The notes: generated by a model from the sequence alone, not told the origin. 64,000 nt of DNA from Nemertoderma westbladi (GCA_032718475.1 JAUCBJ010003098.1:1-64000), one strand, 5' to 3'; positions 1 to 12,986 are shown, numbered from the stretch's first letter. A program made the numbers and translations.

Positions 1-20
1 AATAAATAAAATAAATAAAA

Positions 21-1305
21 TAGGTTTGGAACTACCGGTACTTAAATATCGAGTTGGAATCCATTTAGCCATTACTGCTGTACTTGCACTGGCATTGGCA
101 TTGGCAGGTGGCAGACTGGTATTCCATTATCAGATTATATAATAGTTATGATGTACAGCGGTTATGATGATAAATTCCACTAGTATTTCAGCTAGGCCTA
201 CCGGTAATTTCAAAATGTAATCACTTAAAACATAAAATGTTTCAAATAAAAGTAAAGCCAACAGTGAAAGTTTTTATTCCCTTGGTAGGCCTACTGGCAT
301 AATCGTACCGGTATCACAGTATCATGTCAGCATGTTATGTTTTAATGTCTTATATTTTATATGAAGTTGAAGTTTTTTATTTACACCAAAGACTCATTAA
401 AATATAACTGATACTGGAGTAAAATACACAATAATACGTTAAGAAGATCACATAGGTACAGTATCAACGATCGCATACATCGCAAAGGCACAATAAGTAA
501 AGATATGCACAATTGATCCGATTAGATATTTACAGTAGGCGATATATGAAGTAAAAACATTAGGTACGTGATATTTACAAGTTTAAAAATATGTCAAGTT
601 ACTTGGTGTAGAGGATAGCCTCATGAGGTATAACCTCGTTTCCATGAGGGTCCCCTTGTAGGTCTGGTTTTTATAAAGCAAAGAAATCCGTCACTAACAA
701 GTCTGTCTAACATGATAAAATAAAATAATTGGTCGGCATAAGATATAAGTAGTAGGATAAAATTAATGAAATAAAAAAGAAAAACTATAGGTTTTTATTA
801 CTGGGCGGTTAAAAGATAAAAATACGTTTATTATTTAATACTATTTGCCAAATTTATATTTAAAAATATTTTCTTTAAAATCATAGTACTGTGTAGTGTA
901 CTATTAATACTGCTTAAATAGAGTTTTGTTTAAATTATTATGTTTTGAAAATATAGTTTCGTATTACATTCCCGTATTATAGTATTTCAAGATGACAATA
1001 AAGGGAATAGTACGAAATAAAATATACGTTTACAAAATGAATCAAATGCCTTTCAATATTGCCATACCACTTCTTCGTTCCGAGTTAATTTACCCATAAA
1101 ATGTGTTTTCACTTGGTGTTTGAAGGATTCTATGGAGACCGCGTTGCGCAAGTCTGGAGGTAGTGAGTTCCATATCGTTGGCCCCATGAATGAAAAACAT
1201 TCGCAACCCGTTGCTGTGCGCCGCAACGGGACAACTGCGCGCTTATTGCCGCCTCAGAGGTTAATAGATACGGAATTAAATTGTACTAGGGAGGAGAGAT
1301 ACGGT
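21..1305. repeat. Local segmental duplication, copy A, left part (matches 7730-9029)
   Basis: Near-identical from TAGGTTTGGAACTACC to GAGAGATACGGT. The ORF-track peptide MKDSMETALRK... occurs at both 1120 and 8844. Confidence 0.95.
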
Positions 1306-1844
1306 GAATTTGAGTATAATGACATCGACAAATATAAAAGTAACGAAACATAACAAACATAACAAACAAGATTACCATTTTCATAGATACCGGTAGGATA
1401 GTTAGCCAGGACTTCATTTGCAGCCTGGATAGTTAGTATGGTAATCAAGTAAATATTGGTTTATACAGTATGTTAAAATTATGCACTCAGCCATGCAATA
1501 AAGCACCACAGAGTAAAATAAGTACAACTTATGTATTAATAAACAAAATAAAATGAAATGAAATGCAGAACAGAATAAAAGTGCATGTTTACGTAATGCA
1601 CATTAATTTATAGATATTAATTCATTGAAACATTGGAGTAGGTACAGTATATGGCATAATAAGTAAAAAAAATTAAAAAAAAAAAATTTAAATATGCAAT
1701 AAAAATACGCAATAATTTTTATCAAAATATGTAATAAATTGTAGAGTAAAATTCAGTACGGTACATAAATCAGACAATTAATAGTTCACTATACGTATAC
1801 ATTATTCATATTTAGTACTGTAGATCGAAACATTAATTAAAATA

Positions 1845-3312
1845 TGGATCAAAGTGTATCGTACAACAAGAGTCCCACAAGAAATGAAAACAAATAAGTT
1901 GGTGCCAGTTCCCAAGAAGGGCAACCTAACACTCTATGGTTCTTTTCGGGGAATCTCATTGATCTCGATTGCTGCAAAACTATACAATAGAATTCTATTA
2001 AATCGCATCAGGGATCCCATTGAGAGACTGCTACGTGGAAATCAGAATGGGTTCCGTAAAGGTCGTGGGACCATGGAGCCCATTTTGGCACTTAGAAGGA
2101 TAATTGAAGAGTTATCAAAAAAGAAAGACAGGCATCTGGCTGTTATCTTTGTTGACTTCTTCAAGGCCTTTGATTCAGTCTCTCGCTCACGTATGTTCAG
2201 CATACTTTCATTATATGGGATTCCTGGTGAAATTATTGCAGCAATCAGATCAGTATACGATGGTTCGACAACATTTGTGTCTACTATTGATGGTGACACA
2301 GAACCATTTGAAGTGTTATGGGGCGTCCTCCAAGGAGACACACTTGCACCATTCTTGTTCATTATTGTGGTTGACTATGTTCTACGCATGTCCTTAGATC
2401 ATCATAATGATGATGGGGTGATGATAACTCCACCTACTGGCTCCAGAAGTCGAGGAAATCCTGCCAAGTACCTAACTGATCTAGACTTTGCTGATGACTT
2501 AGGAGTACTCTCAGAATCATTAGAGGGAGCCCAGCGGCTCCTCAGCTCATTAGAACATGCTGCTTCTAGTGTTGGTCTTTTTATTAACTCCAGAAAGACA
2601 AAAATTCTGACAGTTAACTTTGAAAGTCCTCAGCAAGTCTCTGATCGGATGAGCATAAGCTCAAAGGATGGTATGCTTGAGCATGTGGACGACTTCTGTT
2701 ACCTGGGATCATGGATCCGGAAGTCAGGTGAGGACCTTCGAATACGTAAGGGAAAGGCATGGGCAGCCTTGAATAGGCTTTCCAGGATTTGGAAGTCACC
2801 TAGAATTAATCGGAAACTTAAGGTCCGATTATTCAGAGCAGCAGTAGTTCCAGTACTCCTCTACGGGAGTCCATGCTGGGCTCTAACTGCTGAGGACACC
2901 AAATCTCTGGATGGCACATTCACAAGAATGCTACGCCGGGTACATTGTGTCAAGTACAATGCACACATCTCCAACCAGACACTATATAACATTGGAGGTG
3001 TCTCATTGGTTCCCCCAAGCTTGACACTAGAACAAAATCGCCTCCGCTTTGCAGGACATTGCTTTCGCCGTGAGGACCAGCCAGTGCATAATCTTGTACT
3101 TTGGCAGCCTCATGGAGTGAATAAGCATGGTGGACAGCCCATGACTTTCTTGAGACGCATCTTAAAGGACACTGGCCTTAAAGATGCGGATGATCTAGCA
3201 AATGTCATGGGTGATAGGGAGTTGTGGCGGTGCAATTTTGTTGACAAGCCGGCATAGCATTCTTAAAAATGCAGCTGCAATGCAGCATGCCGATCCTAGT
3301 AGTAGTAGTAGT
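1845..3312 (+). mobile_element. 5'-truncated RTE non-LTR retrotransposon with (TAG)n tail
   Basis: RT ORF, short 3' UTR, then TAGTAGTAGTAG tail at about 3297-3312. A second copy of its 3' end lies at 15311-16770. Left boundary approximate. Confidence 0.85.
1854..3257 (+). CDS. RTE-clade LINE reverse transcriptase, 5'-truncated ORF
   Basis: RT motifs PVPKKG, RGISL, QNGFR, VDFFKAFD, GVLQGDTLAP, FADD, YLGS. RTE-type C-terminus (RLRFAGHCFR...DRELWR). No endonuclease domain. Confidence 0.9.
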   Translation: MYRTTRVPQEMKTNKLVPVPKKGNLTLYGSFRGISLISIAAKLYNRILLNRIRDPIERLLRGNQNGFRKGRGTMEPILALRRIIEELSKKKDRHLAVIFVDFFKAFDSVSRSRMFSILSLYGIPGEIIAAIRSVYDGSTTFVSTIDGDTEPFEVLWGVLQGDTLAPFLFIIVVDYVLRMSLDHHNDDGVMITPPTGSRSRGNPAKYLTDLDFADDLGVLSESLEGAQRLLSSLEHAASSVGLFINSRKTKILTVNFESPQQVSDRMSISSKDGMLEHVDDFCYLGSWIRKSGEDLRIRKGKAWAALNRLSRIWKSPRINRKLKVRLFRAAVVPVLLYGSPCWALTAEDTKSLDGTFTRMLRRVHCVKYNAHISNQTLYNIGGVSLVPPSLTLEQNRLRFAGHCFRREDQPVHNLVLWQPHGVNKHGGQPMTFLRRILKDTGLKDADDLANVMGDRELWRCNFVDKPA

Positions 3313-3461
3313 ATATTATTACAGTAAAAATAAATCATTCATCACAATCTTGTATGGCGGCTTGAGTTTATTAGTTTTAAATAGTTTTAAATTTAAATAG
3401 TTTTAAATTTAAATTATGCCAACACATTTAATATTTAATCAATAATAATAATGATAGATAA

Positions 3462-6308
3462 TTAATTAACGTTGGAGTAGATATGGACGGTATTCATGGT
3501 GTTTTTCCAGGAACCAGTGCATTGAGCAGATAAATCAATGTTATTGATTCGGGTGCGAAAACCCAACGTGGTGGAGGCACCAACAACTGTTGAGGGAAGA
3601 GAGTTCCACAGGGTGATGCGACGGACCGAGAAGTGGTTCTGATGGATACAGTTACGCGAGTGAGGAATGGTTACTTTGTAACCGTTTGATCGAGTTCGGG
3701 TGGATGACAGTTTAAACATCTGTAGATCAGATATAGGACTGAACCCACGAATAATTTTAAACATTTCCACCAGATCGATAACGATGCGCCGTTCCTCAAG
3801 GGAATGGGTGTTGAGCCGGTTCAGTCGCTCTGCGTAGCTCAAACCTTGAAGGCCGGGCAGGCGACGGGTAAAATCTCGTTGAACCTGTTCTATAATATTG
3901 ATGTCCTTATCAAGATAGGGGCACCAGATTGCGCAATTGTATTCTAAGATTGACCGTGCATAAACTCTAAATAGCTCAAATTGATGGTATGCACTGCAAT
4001 GATGAAAGTTTCGACGAATCTGACAACAGGTTCTACGTGCCTTGGCAGACACAAGCCCCACATGCTCACTGAATCTCAAGTCGGATGATATTATAACACC
4101 TAAATCCTTCGCTTCACTGAGATGTTGTAGACACGTTTCACCCATGTAGTAGGAACGCACCGTTTGACTATTAGCCTGTAGAGAGACGACTGAGCACTTT
4201 TTGACATTGTAACTCATCTGCCAAACCTTTGCCCATTCGCATATTGAGTTGATATCTTCTTGTAGAAGCATGGAGTCAAGATCTGTGAATATAGAGTTGT
4301 ATAATTTCGTGTCATCCGCATAGAGCTTCACATTTGTGGATATGTTGTCCGTAATATCATTTATGAAAATGATAAACAGGAGCGGAGCAATAACGCTTCC
4401 TTGCGGAACTCCGCTGGTGACCAAAGCCAGATCTGACAGAGCTCCATTTATTACTGTACGTTGATAGCGGTTACACAGGAATGCCGAAATCCAAGCTAAC
4501 AAACTGCCTTGTATACCAAACGAGTGAAGTTTAATAAGGAGTTTCTGATGAGATACTTTGTCAAAAGCCCTCTGGAAATCTGTATAAATAATATCCACTG
4601 GTCGTCCACTATTGCGAATCCTAACCCAGTCAAATGAAGATTCAAGTAGTTGTGTGAAGGTTGACCTTTTCTGCAAAAAACCGTGTTGTTTGGAGCTGAT
4701 AGCTTTTATTCGTAGTAAATATATTAACATTTCATTTCTTATCGAAGTTTCCATTACTTTAACCAGAACTGAAGTAAGGGAAATCGGTCGGTAATTAGCA
4801 GGATCAGACCGAGAGCCCTTGAGTTTGTACGTCGGAACAATATGAGCGAGTCGCCATGTTGGGGGAACAAAGCCGCAATCAAGGAACTGTTGGAATAGTG
4901 TTTCAAGCGGTTCACAAAGCCAGATAGCAAGTTTACGTAGCAATGCAGTAGGTATATTGTCAGGTCCAGGAGCTTTACCAGGTTTTAGATTCTTTAGGAT
5001 TTTGAGGATTTCAGCTCTGTCAAATTTTATCGATGACAGTGTAACACCGGGGGGGTGTTTGATAGGCGGTTTTGGGTCAACTCCATCATCAGTAGTAAAT
5101 GCGGATTTGAATGTGTTATTTATTAAGTTTGCTCGATCTACATCACTGATGTAAACCTTCCCGTCCGAATCTTTCATTGCAGGGATACCACAGCGATGAA
5201 CCAGATTGTCCTTATTATATCTCCAAAACTTTTTGGAATTTTTTTCTCTCATTATTCGATCCTCAATACATCTACGGGATTCAGAGTGGGCGAATTCCAA
5301 AGATATATTTAGAGCATCCAGGTTCTCCAATAGTGATACCGTTCTCGTTGGGTTTGAGCTCTCTTTTAGTTTTATCTTAGTGCGGTGAATTCGCCTAAGT
5401 ATATTTTTGATTGCTGGACTACTTTTCGGTTTCATAGGTTTTGAGATAGGAACAGAATCCTCAATTATAGACATTAGAATAAAATCCAATGAATCAATGT
5501 TTTGTTGAGGGTCCGAATTTGAGTTAACTATGTTTGGCCAATCTATGAGCGAAGCTATTCCACAAATTTGTTCCCAATCAGCTTTTGACCAGTCGCGTAT
5601 CAGTGGTGATGGATTCTCAGTTGAGATTAGCGGTAAGGTACCTTTCATCATGAAGTGATCACTTCGAACATTGTTAAACCCAAACCGATCTCCAACATTT
5701 ATATTTCCAACAAGATTTGGATTACTAACTAGAAACAAGTCAAGAGTTCCACCAGCAATATGTGTTGCGCAATCAATAACCTGAGTAAGATCTCTATCAG
5801 AAGTTAAGTCAATAAAGTTCTGAGCAATTGGACGATAGCTGCAGTCTTCAGTGGGGGCCGGAATAGACCAATCAATATTTCGGAAGTTAAAATCGCCAGT
5901 AACAATCACTGGTCTTGTGAGGTCAATGGGATAGAAACGTTTAAAATCTGAAATAAAACTGGTGTAGTGATCAGCGTTAATATGTGGAATATACACAGTT
6001 CCAATGCGAATAGGAGACCTGTAGGCATGTAGATCCACCCATAGGCATTCCCCTGAGGTTTCAAGTTCGACTCTAACAGGAAATAATTCATGGGAAATAA
6101 GCATTGCCACTCCTCCACCTCGGTTTATACTATCCCGATCTTGACGAAAAATATCAAACCTTCGCAATTCGGGGCAAGCAAAAATATTGTCGGATTCTTT
6201 AGTAAGTAGATGTGTTTCTGTCATACAAATAACAATAGGCGAGTCGGTATGTGTAGCTGATATTAATTGTAATGCTTCAATTTTATTTCTTATAGATTGG
6301 CAATTCAT
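3462..6308 (-). CDS. CR1/L2-group LINE ORF2 (APE endonuclease + RT), uninterrupted 948 aa
   Basis: APE motifs MNCQS, TETHL, GDFN, LDL, SDH. RT motifs KAPGPD, NYRPISL, QHGF, DFQRAFD, GVPQGS, YADD, DLGV. C-terminal WNSLP. No ORF1 is visible upstream. Confidence 0.92.
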   Translation of the reverse strand: MNCQSIRNKIEALQLISATHTDSPIVICMTETHLLTKESDNIFACPELRRFDIFRQDRDSINRGGGVAMLISHELFPVRVELETSGECLWVDLHAYRSPIRIGTVYIPHINADHYTSFISDFKRFYPIDLTRPVIVTGDFNFRNIDWSIPAPTEDCSYRPIAQNFIDLTSDRDLTQVIDCATHIAGGTLDLFLVSNPNLVGNINVGDRFGFNNVRSDHFMMKGTLPLISTENPSPLIRDWSKADWEQICGIASLIDWPNIVNSNSDPQQNIDSLDFILMSIIEDSVPISKPMKPKSSPAIKNILRRIHRTKIKLKESSNPTRTVSLLENLDALNISLEFAHSESRRCIEDRIMREKNSKKFWRYNKDNLVHRCGIPAMKDSDGKVYISDVDRANLINNTFKSAFTTDDGVDPKPPIKHPPGVTLSSIKFDRAEILKILKNLKPGKAPGPDNIPTALLRKLAIWLCEPLETLFQQFLDCGFVPPTWRLAHIVPTYKLKGSRSDPANYRPISLTSVLVKVMETSIRNEMLIYLLRIKAISSKQHGFLQKRSTFTQLLESSFDWVRIRNSGRPVDIIYTDFQRAFDKVSHQKLLIKLHSFGIQGSLLAWISAFLCNRYQRTVINGALSDLALVTSGVPQGSVIAPLLFIIFINDITDNISTNVKLYADDTKLYNSIFTDLDSMLLQEDINSICEWAKVWQMSYNVKKCSVVSLQANSQTVRSYYMGETCLQHLSEAKDLGVIISSDLRFSEHVGLVSAKARRTCCQIRRNFHHCSAYHQFELFRVYARSILEYNCAIWCPYLDKDINIIEQVQRDFTRRLPGLQGLSYAERLNRLNTHSLEERRIVIDLVEMFKIIRGFSPISDLQMFKLSSTRTRSNGYKVTIPHSRNCIHQNHFSVRRITLWNSLPSTVVGASTTLGFRTRINNIDLSAQCTGSWKNTMNTVHIYSNVN

Positions 6309-6480
6309 ATAAAACAGGACAGGAGATACAGCATCTTTTCCAGATTTGGTGTTGGCAGTAACATTATCACTCTGTTCATGTAGATTGGAATCTTCATTGG
6401 CTGAGTGTGCGTAGTCTCAGGCCTGGCTGGGCCCTATGACAGAGCTCTCCGATGTATCAATAATAATAATATTACAGGTT

Positions 6481-6550
6481 ACGGTACACGTGCGTTGCAA
6501 TTAGTTGGTTGATGCGCCATTCTACTGGTAGCCAAGACAGTTGATTGTAA
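6481..6550. repeat. Continuation of duplication copy A after a 5.2-kb insertion (matches 9025-9094)
   Basis: ACGGTACACGTGCGTTGCAATTAG...GATTGTAAT is identical to copy B. TACGGT is present at both 1300-1305 and 6480-6485. Confidence 0.85.
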
Positions 6551-6765
6551 TTACGCTTTACGATTTTCGAGCGCGCCACGCGCCACATTGGCGCGCTTTT
6601 ATTGCAAAGTGCGCCGGATTAATCCGGCGCAAAGTGTATGGATTCCACTCTGGACTAGGACACCGGTACTGCATTTAGGTTGTACATTATACCGTGTTAC
6701 AGTTACAGTTAGGCCTACATAAATGATATACCGGTAGGGACAACGGGACAGGTACAGCAGTACTG

Positions 6766-7197
6766 CAGTTAGGAACACTGGTCACTTTCTGGCTGAAGTT
6801 CAGCCAAAAATTGTCCACATATTTACAGCCAGAAAGTGGCCGTGCAGCCACTATTTGTCCTTCACAGGCTGCGATTATATTTCCGGACATATTTTGGCCG
6901 TAACTCCACTAGTACTCAAAGCAGAAGCTGGGCACATTTTTATTTTTATAATATTACTGATAGTTATCCCAACGATGAGATTCTAATTCTCAAATTAATT
7001 TATACAGTTTACAATTTATTATGGCGATTCTAATGTCGTAATTTTTAGAATGCCAATGTTAAAATTTCACTGCCGGTCAGCCGGTTTTCAAATGAAATTT
7101 AGCATTATTTTCTATGGAGAAATTTCACTCTGAGAGCGTTTTCCGCGGACACATTCTGGCTGTAAATTGGACATATTGTGACCAGTGTTCCTGACTG
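6766..7197. mobile_element. Tc1/mariner-like MITE
   Basis: Terminal inverted repeats CAGTTAGGAACACTGGTCAC and GTGACCAGTGTTCCTGACTG (one mismatch), with further imperfect subterminal symmetry. TA on the right flank, TG on the left. No transposase ORF. Confidence 0.65.
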
Positions 7198-7729
7198 TAC
7201 TGACTTTGGCAGACTATGGTTGGTTACACTCCTTCAAAATTCAAATGGCGCGGTGCTCTTCAAAATTGTTTCAATGCTGCAATGTGCGGCGCGCTTAAAA
7301 ATTTCTTAGGCGCGGGGTTTGCTTTGAAATTGCATCGGCGCGCGGCGCGCCTAAATATTGGTCGGCGCGCTATCCGGCGCACTTTTTGGATGGATTCCAT
7401 ACATCAGTACAGGCAGGCCTGTACTGCATACTGCCTGACTGCTGTCAGGCTGTAGGCCAGGCCAGCCAACTGCCAACGTAGGTCAATCGGTGAGAAGTTA
7501 TATTTTCAACTGACTGACTGAGTTGGAAATTTCAACTTTACTTCATACTTTCTATCAGTCTATAATTCAACTTTTTATTTAGGCCTAAATTAAATTTTTG
7601 ATTTTGAACTACCGGTAGGCCTACTGAACTAGGCCTACCAGTCATTGCCAGTAAGCAGGTAAGTGAGTAAGTATTTAAAATTCACCTTTTTTTAATTCAA
7701 ATTTTGGAGTAGCAGTAGGCCTAGGCTGC

Positions 7730-9094
7730 TAGGTTTGGAACTACCGGTACTTAAATATCGAGTTGGAATCCATTTAGCCATTACTGCTGTACTTGCACTG
7801 GATGACTGGCATTGGCATTGGCAGGTGGCAGACTCCAGACTGGTATTCCATTATCAGATTATATAATAGTTATGATGTACAGCGGTTATGATGATAAATT
7901 CCACTAGTATTTCAGCTAGGCCTACCGGTAATTTCAAAATGTAATCACTTAAAACATAAAATGTTTCAAATAAAAGTAAAGCCAACAGTGAAAGTTTTTA
8001 TTCCCTTGGTAGGCCTACTGGCATAATCGTACCGGTATCACAGTATCATGTCAGCATGTTATGTTTTAATGTCTTATATTTTATATGAAGTTGAAGTTTT
8101 TTATTTACACCAAAGACTCATTAAAATATAACTGATACTGGAGTAAAATACACAATAATACGTTAAGAAGATCACATAGGTACAGTATCAACGATCGCAT
8201 ACATCGCAAAGGCACAATAAGTAAAGATATGCACAATTGATCCGATTAGATATTTACAGTAGGCGATATATGAAGTAAAAACATTAGGTACGTGATATTT
8301 ACAAGTTTAAAAATATGTCAAGTTACTTGGTGTAGAGGATAGCCTCATGAGGTATAACCTCGTTTCCATGAGGGTCCCCTTGTAGGTCTGGTTTTTATAA
8401 AGCAAAGAAATCCGTCACTAACAAGTCTGTCTAACATGATAAAATAAAATAATTGGTCGGCATAAGATATAAGTAGTAGGATAAAATTAATGAAATAAAA
8501 AAGAAAAACTATAGGTTTTTATTACTGGGCGGTTAAAAGATAAAAATACGTTTATTATTTAATACTATTTGCCAAATTTATATTTAAAAATATTTTCTTT
8601 AAAATCATAGTACTGTGTAGTGTACTATTAATACTGCTTAAATAGAGTTTTGTTTAAATTATTATGTTTTGAAAATATAGTTTCGTATTACATTCCCGTA
8701 TTATAGTATTTCAAGATGACAATAAAGGGAATAGTACGAAATAAAATATACGTTTACAAAATGAATCAAATGCCTTTCAATATTGCCATACCACTTCTTC
8801 GTTCCGAGTTAATTTACCCATAAAATGTGTTTTCACTTGGTGTTTGAAGGATTCTATGGAGACCGCGTTGCGCAAGTCTGGAGGTAGTGAGTTCCATATC
8901 GTTGGCCCCATGAATGAAAAACATTCGCAACCCGTTGCTGTGCGCCGCAACGGGACAACTGCGCGCTTATTGCCGCCTCAGAGGTTAATAGATACGGAAT
9001 TAAATTGTACTAGGGAGGAGAGATACGGTACACGTGCGTTGCAATTAGTTGGTTGATGCGCCATTCTACTGGTAGCCAAGACAGTTGATTGTAA
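7730..9094. repeat. Local segmental duplication, copy B (uninterrupted)
   Basis: Equals 21-1305 joined to 6486-6550, apart from two small insertions near 7800-7840. Confidence 0.93.
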
Positions 9095-12000
9095 TGTTCT
9101 TGTGATATGCTGTCTGCTAGGGAGACAGAGGCAGAAGCGAATACTTTTCCTTTGCAATGCTTGAAGTTGGGTCCTTAGACTTTTCGCTGTGCTGGGATAC
9201 CAGCATGAAGCTACGAAATCCAGATGCGGTTGGATTAAGGTATTGCATAGTTGCCTTCTCAATTGGGTGTCTAGGACCCCGCCTTGTCTGTATAAAAACG
9301 AAGGTTTTTATTACCTTTCTTTATTACATGCGATGCCATCGAGTTTCCTGACAAATCCATATCTAGATGACAGCCCAGATACTTTATGGTATTCCTTTGT
9401 TCTATTTGCAGACCATTGCATGTAACCTTCAATTCATTATTTCCCGCCAGTGTCTACAGTGTGTTCCAAAAACAACAGCAGTAGTCTTTTTGAAGTTCAG
9501 ACTCAATCTGTTATCAGTCGGGTCGCCCAGTTGAATACGTTGGTCAGAGTTGTTGACAGAGCTATAGACAGTTGCCTGACGTTGTCGTGCGCAGCCAGAA
9601 TATTGGAGTCATCGGCGAGTTTGAGAGAAGAGCAGGTAGGGGTCGTTTTAGTCGGTATTTCTTTAGCCGTCGATACAGTTATGTTTTTATTGATGGACAT
9701 TGATGGCTTGTTATCTATAGTTTGGTTGGGTGATGGATGGTCCAATAAAGCTATATCACCATCATTAACATATTTTTATATGCCTTTTATTTCTGACATG
9801 AATTTTATATTATAATTTTGTAATTTGGCCTGATGAACTTGATACACCCGGACCCGGTATTTAGATTAATTTATAAACTTATATACATGCCGATGGACTA
9901 TCCTGACTGGGAATTTTAATACTAATTTGAACTAACGCTTTTTTTTTTCCCAGCCTATTATTATACTACTTTGTGCGGTCCCGATTACGTTCAGTTTTAC
10001 CTAAAACAAGACGTGTTTTAACCCAGTCAATATTTTATTTATGTGTACAGTTCAATTTCATATATATATTTTACATATGTATCTGTTAATTTTATTTATT
10101 GTGTGTACGGGCTTTAAAAGCATTTGCTTCCTCACGCCCTATTTACATTAAACATTAAACATATATCAGAAAGATAAGTACGGATAGTAATCCGCCCTGG
10201 GGGACGCCTCTCTTTATCAGATCTCTAATGGTCGAATATACGCCACCAACAACCAACATATACAACCTGACGCCTTTCGCTCAAATAAGATTTAAACCAC
10301 GCGATAGTTGAATCACAGAATCCAATGAATTTCAGTTTTGATAATAGTAATTCGTGGTCAACAGTGTCAAAGGCTTTTCGCAAGTCTATGAATACGACGC
10401 CAGTAACCTTACCATCATCAACGGCTTCCTTAATGTAATTATTTAGGTAAAATCAAATCAAATCAAATCAAATCAAATGTTTATTTAAATCTCTCAATAT
10501 ATATATATATATATATATATACTGCACAATGGGACTATACAACAGTAAATGCACGAATTATTACCTAATTATATATTAATATTATTACCTTATTAATTTT
10601 ACATTAAATATTATTTGTGAAATTAATATGTGCAGTACTATTGTGTATTTGTGCATGTGTATTTGTGCTGTATGAGTAAATAGCATATATGGGTACAATG
10701 TTTCCACAGAGTATCCCTTCCTGTATCCTGATTGAAAGGGATCTAATATCTTATTCGTTTCAATAAAATCGTATACCTGTTCGTATATCGGTTGATCAAT
10801 AACTTTAGCTAAAATTGGTAGAAGCGATACAGGTCTAAAATTCCCTTTCTCTTGTCTCGACTCAGCTTTGTAACTTGGAATTACATTGGCTATTTTAAAT
10901 GCGGACGGGTAGGTTGAGCTTTCGATTGATACATTTAATAGATGAGTCAGGGGTTCAGCAATCTCATGTGCAATATCCTTTATATATAATGGCGATAGGT
11001 CGTCGATCCCAGCACTCTTGTCCGTCTTCAAGTTATTCAGGACCTTAAGCATATCAGATACATTAATTTTCTTCAATGAGAATTTGTTACGGTGGAATCC
11101 CTTGTTTCTGTAGTAGTTTTCGATTGCAGCGAGATCATATATTCCTTTACAGGGCGGCAATTTATTCACAAGATCTTCAGCGATTGTAGTAAAAAATATA
11201 TTAAATTCCTCCGCAATTGCTGTGGGGTCTGTAATTAATTCGTTGTCTATCCGTAAGCACTTGACTGCTGTGGTTTGCGATTTTTTCGTCGAGCTTCCAA
11301 GTGCTTTCAGCTCCTTCCAAAGTTTCTTTGGGTTGTTACGGTACGAGCCTTTAGCTTTTCCTTAATGTAATTTGTTTTTGCTTCTTTAATCGTAACCTTA
11401 TTTGAGTAGAAGAGATGCTTATAATGTTGCTCATTGACGAGTGTTGGATTCTTATTAAAATTTGTTAGGGCGTTATTTTTTGCTGCTATACTGTGCAATA
11501 TATCGCTATTGATCCACGGTTGCGAGTCAACACGTATTCGAATGGAGCGTTTTGGCGCTATTTTCTCCAAGATTTTAGTTAATTCCATTACCAATGTTGC
11601 AGTTATAATTTCCACATTTGCTTCTGCCGGTATTGATTGGATCGGTTGATTTGATCGGACCTGCAGTGATACGTTTTCTTTAGTGTATGTTTTATATGAT
11701 CTGCACATACGGTAAGTGTGTTCAGCTTTTTTCACCTTTGGTTTTTTACGAGTCACATACACCATGTAGTGGTCGCTAAGTCTTGAGCGTAGTACACCCG
11801 AGCCATATATCAGCTGCTTATTGGATATAAAAATATGATCTAATGTTGTTGACGTCATTGTAGTCACTCTAGTTGGATCCTTTATTATTTGCGTGAGCCC
11901 CATTGTGTGACAGAATCTGCTCAGTTGTTGACACGATGTTGCCTGTTCAGATTGTTTTGTTTGCTTTGAGGAAGATTTATTTATTTGTTTGGTGTCCGAG

Positions 12001-12986
12001 TTTGTGTCCCCCAATATGTAGACTTCATTATAGTTTTCCACATTATCCCCAATAGCATCGCCTAGTTTGTTGAAGAACGCTCTCGCGTGTGCATCTTGGG
12101 GATTATAAATTGAACCAATCAAAATGGGTTTGGTGTGTGGGAGATATATCCGACAGAACATTCCTTCCTCATCCCCTAAACTCTCATTAATGTCAGAGCA
12201 TACAGAGTAGTTCCATTTCTCGGATATATATATTGCTACCCCTCCTCCATGGCGGTTTCTATCTCGCCTTTCAGGCGGCTGATATCCTGGTATATGTATC
12301 TCCAGATTCTTTACGGTCTGATCGAGCCTTGTCTCGGATAGCGTTAATATGTCAATCGGGTATTCGTGTAGAAGTATTTTTATTTCATCTAACTTGGTCA
12401 TTAAGCTCTGAACATTTTGATGTACTATATGCAATCCAGATTTTAAAAACATGTTGAACTGATTGGGGAGCCCAGATGTATTCTGGGTCCGGTTGGACAC
12501 ATTCGGAGCGGTCGGGGTCCGGTTGGACATGTTCAACGCAGTCGGTGTCCGGTTGGACACATTTGGAGCAGAAGGGGTCCGGTTGGACACGTTCGACGCT
12601 GTCGGGGTCTTGTTGGACACGTTCGGAGCAGTTGGGGTCCAGTCGGACACATTCGGAGCAGCTGGGGTCCGGTTGGACACGTTCGGCGCCGTCGGGGTCC
12701 GGTTGGACATTGTCAGCGCGCTCGAGGTCCGGTTGGACACGTTCAGCGCAATCGGGGTCATGCTGGACACGTTCGGCGTAGCTGGGGTCCAGTTGGACAC
12801 GTTTGGCGCAGCTGGGGTCCGCTTGGACACATTCGGAGCAGTCAGGGTCCAGTTGGACACGTTCGGCGCAGTTGGGGTCCAGATAGACGCGTTTGGTGTA
12901 GCCGGGGCCCGGTTGGACACATTCGGCGTAGCTGGGTTCCGGTTGGACACATTCGGCGCAGTTGCAGTCCGGTTGGATACTGTCAA
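8777..12986 (-). pseudogene. Decayed L2/CR1-group LINE ORF2 (APE + RT), frameshifted and interrupted by insertions
   Basis: APE in 11307-12986 (HQNVQSL, LSET, GDTN, LDH, SDH). KSAGID/NFRPVSL/QSGYR in 10585-11169. DLRKAFD and GVPQG at about 10195-10390. ADD at about 9610. PHLDF at about 9220. C-terminus WNSLP...SFK ends at TGA 8777. Confidence 0.85.
10449..10697 (-). mobile_element. Short 3' fragment of another LINE/SINE with (TTTGA)n tail, inserted in the RT
   Basis: (AAATC)n on + followed by TTTATT (AATAAA on -). It splits the RT between the QSGYR and DLRKAFD motifs. Confidence 0.55.

Noticed and set aside
1120-1353. Duplicated small gene MKDSMETALRK (also 8844-9056)
   Set aside because: Antisense reading of the LINE ORF2 C-terminus within the duplication.
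21-9029. 1.3-kb direct repeats as the LTRs of one element
   Set aside because: No TG...CA termini, PBS, PPT or gag-pol, and the homology continues at 6481-6550, indicating an interrupted duplication.
9825-9870. Further hammerhead ribozymes at CTGATGA (also about 4545, 41766 and 62274)
   Set aside because: No stem II followed by GAAA and no closing stem I.
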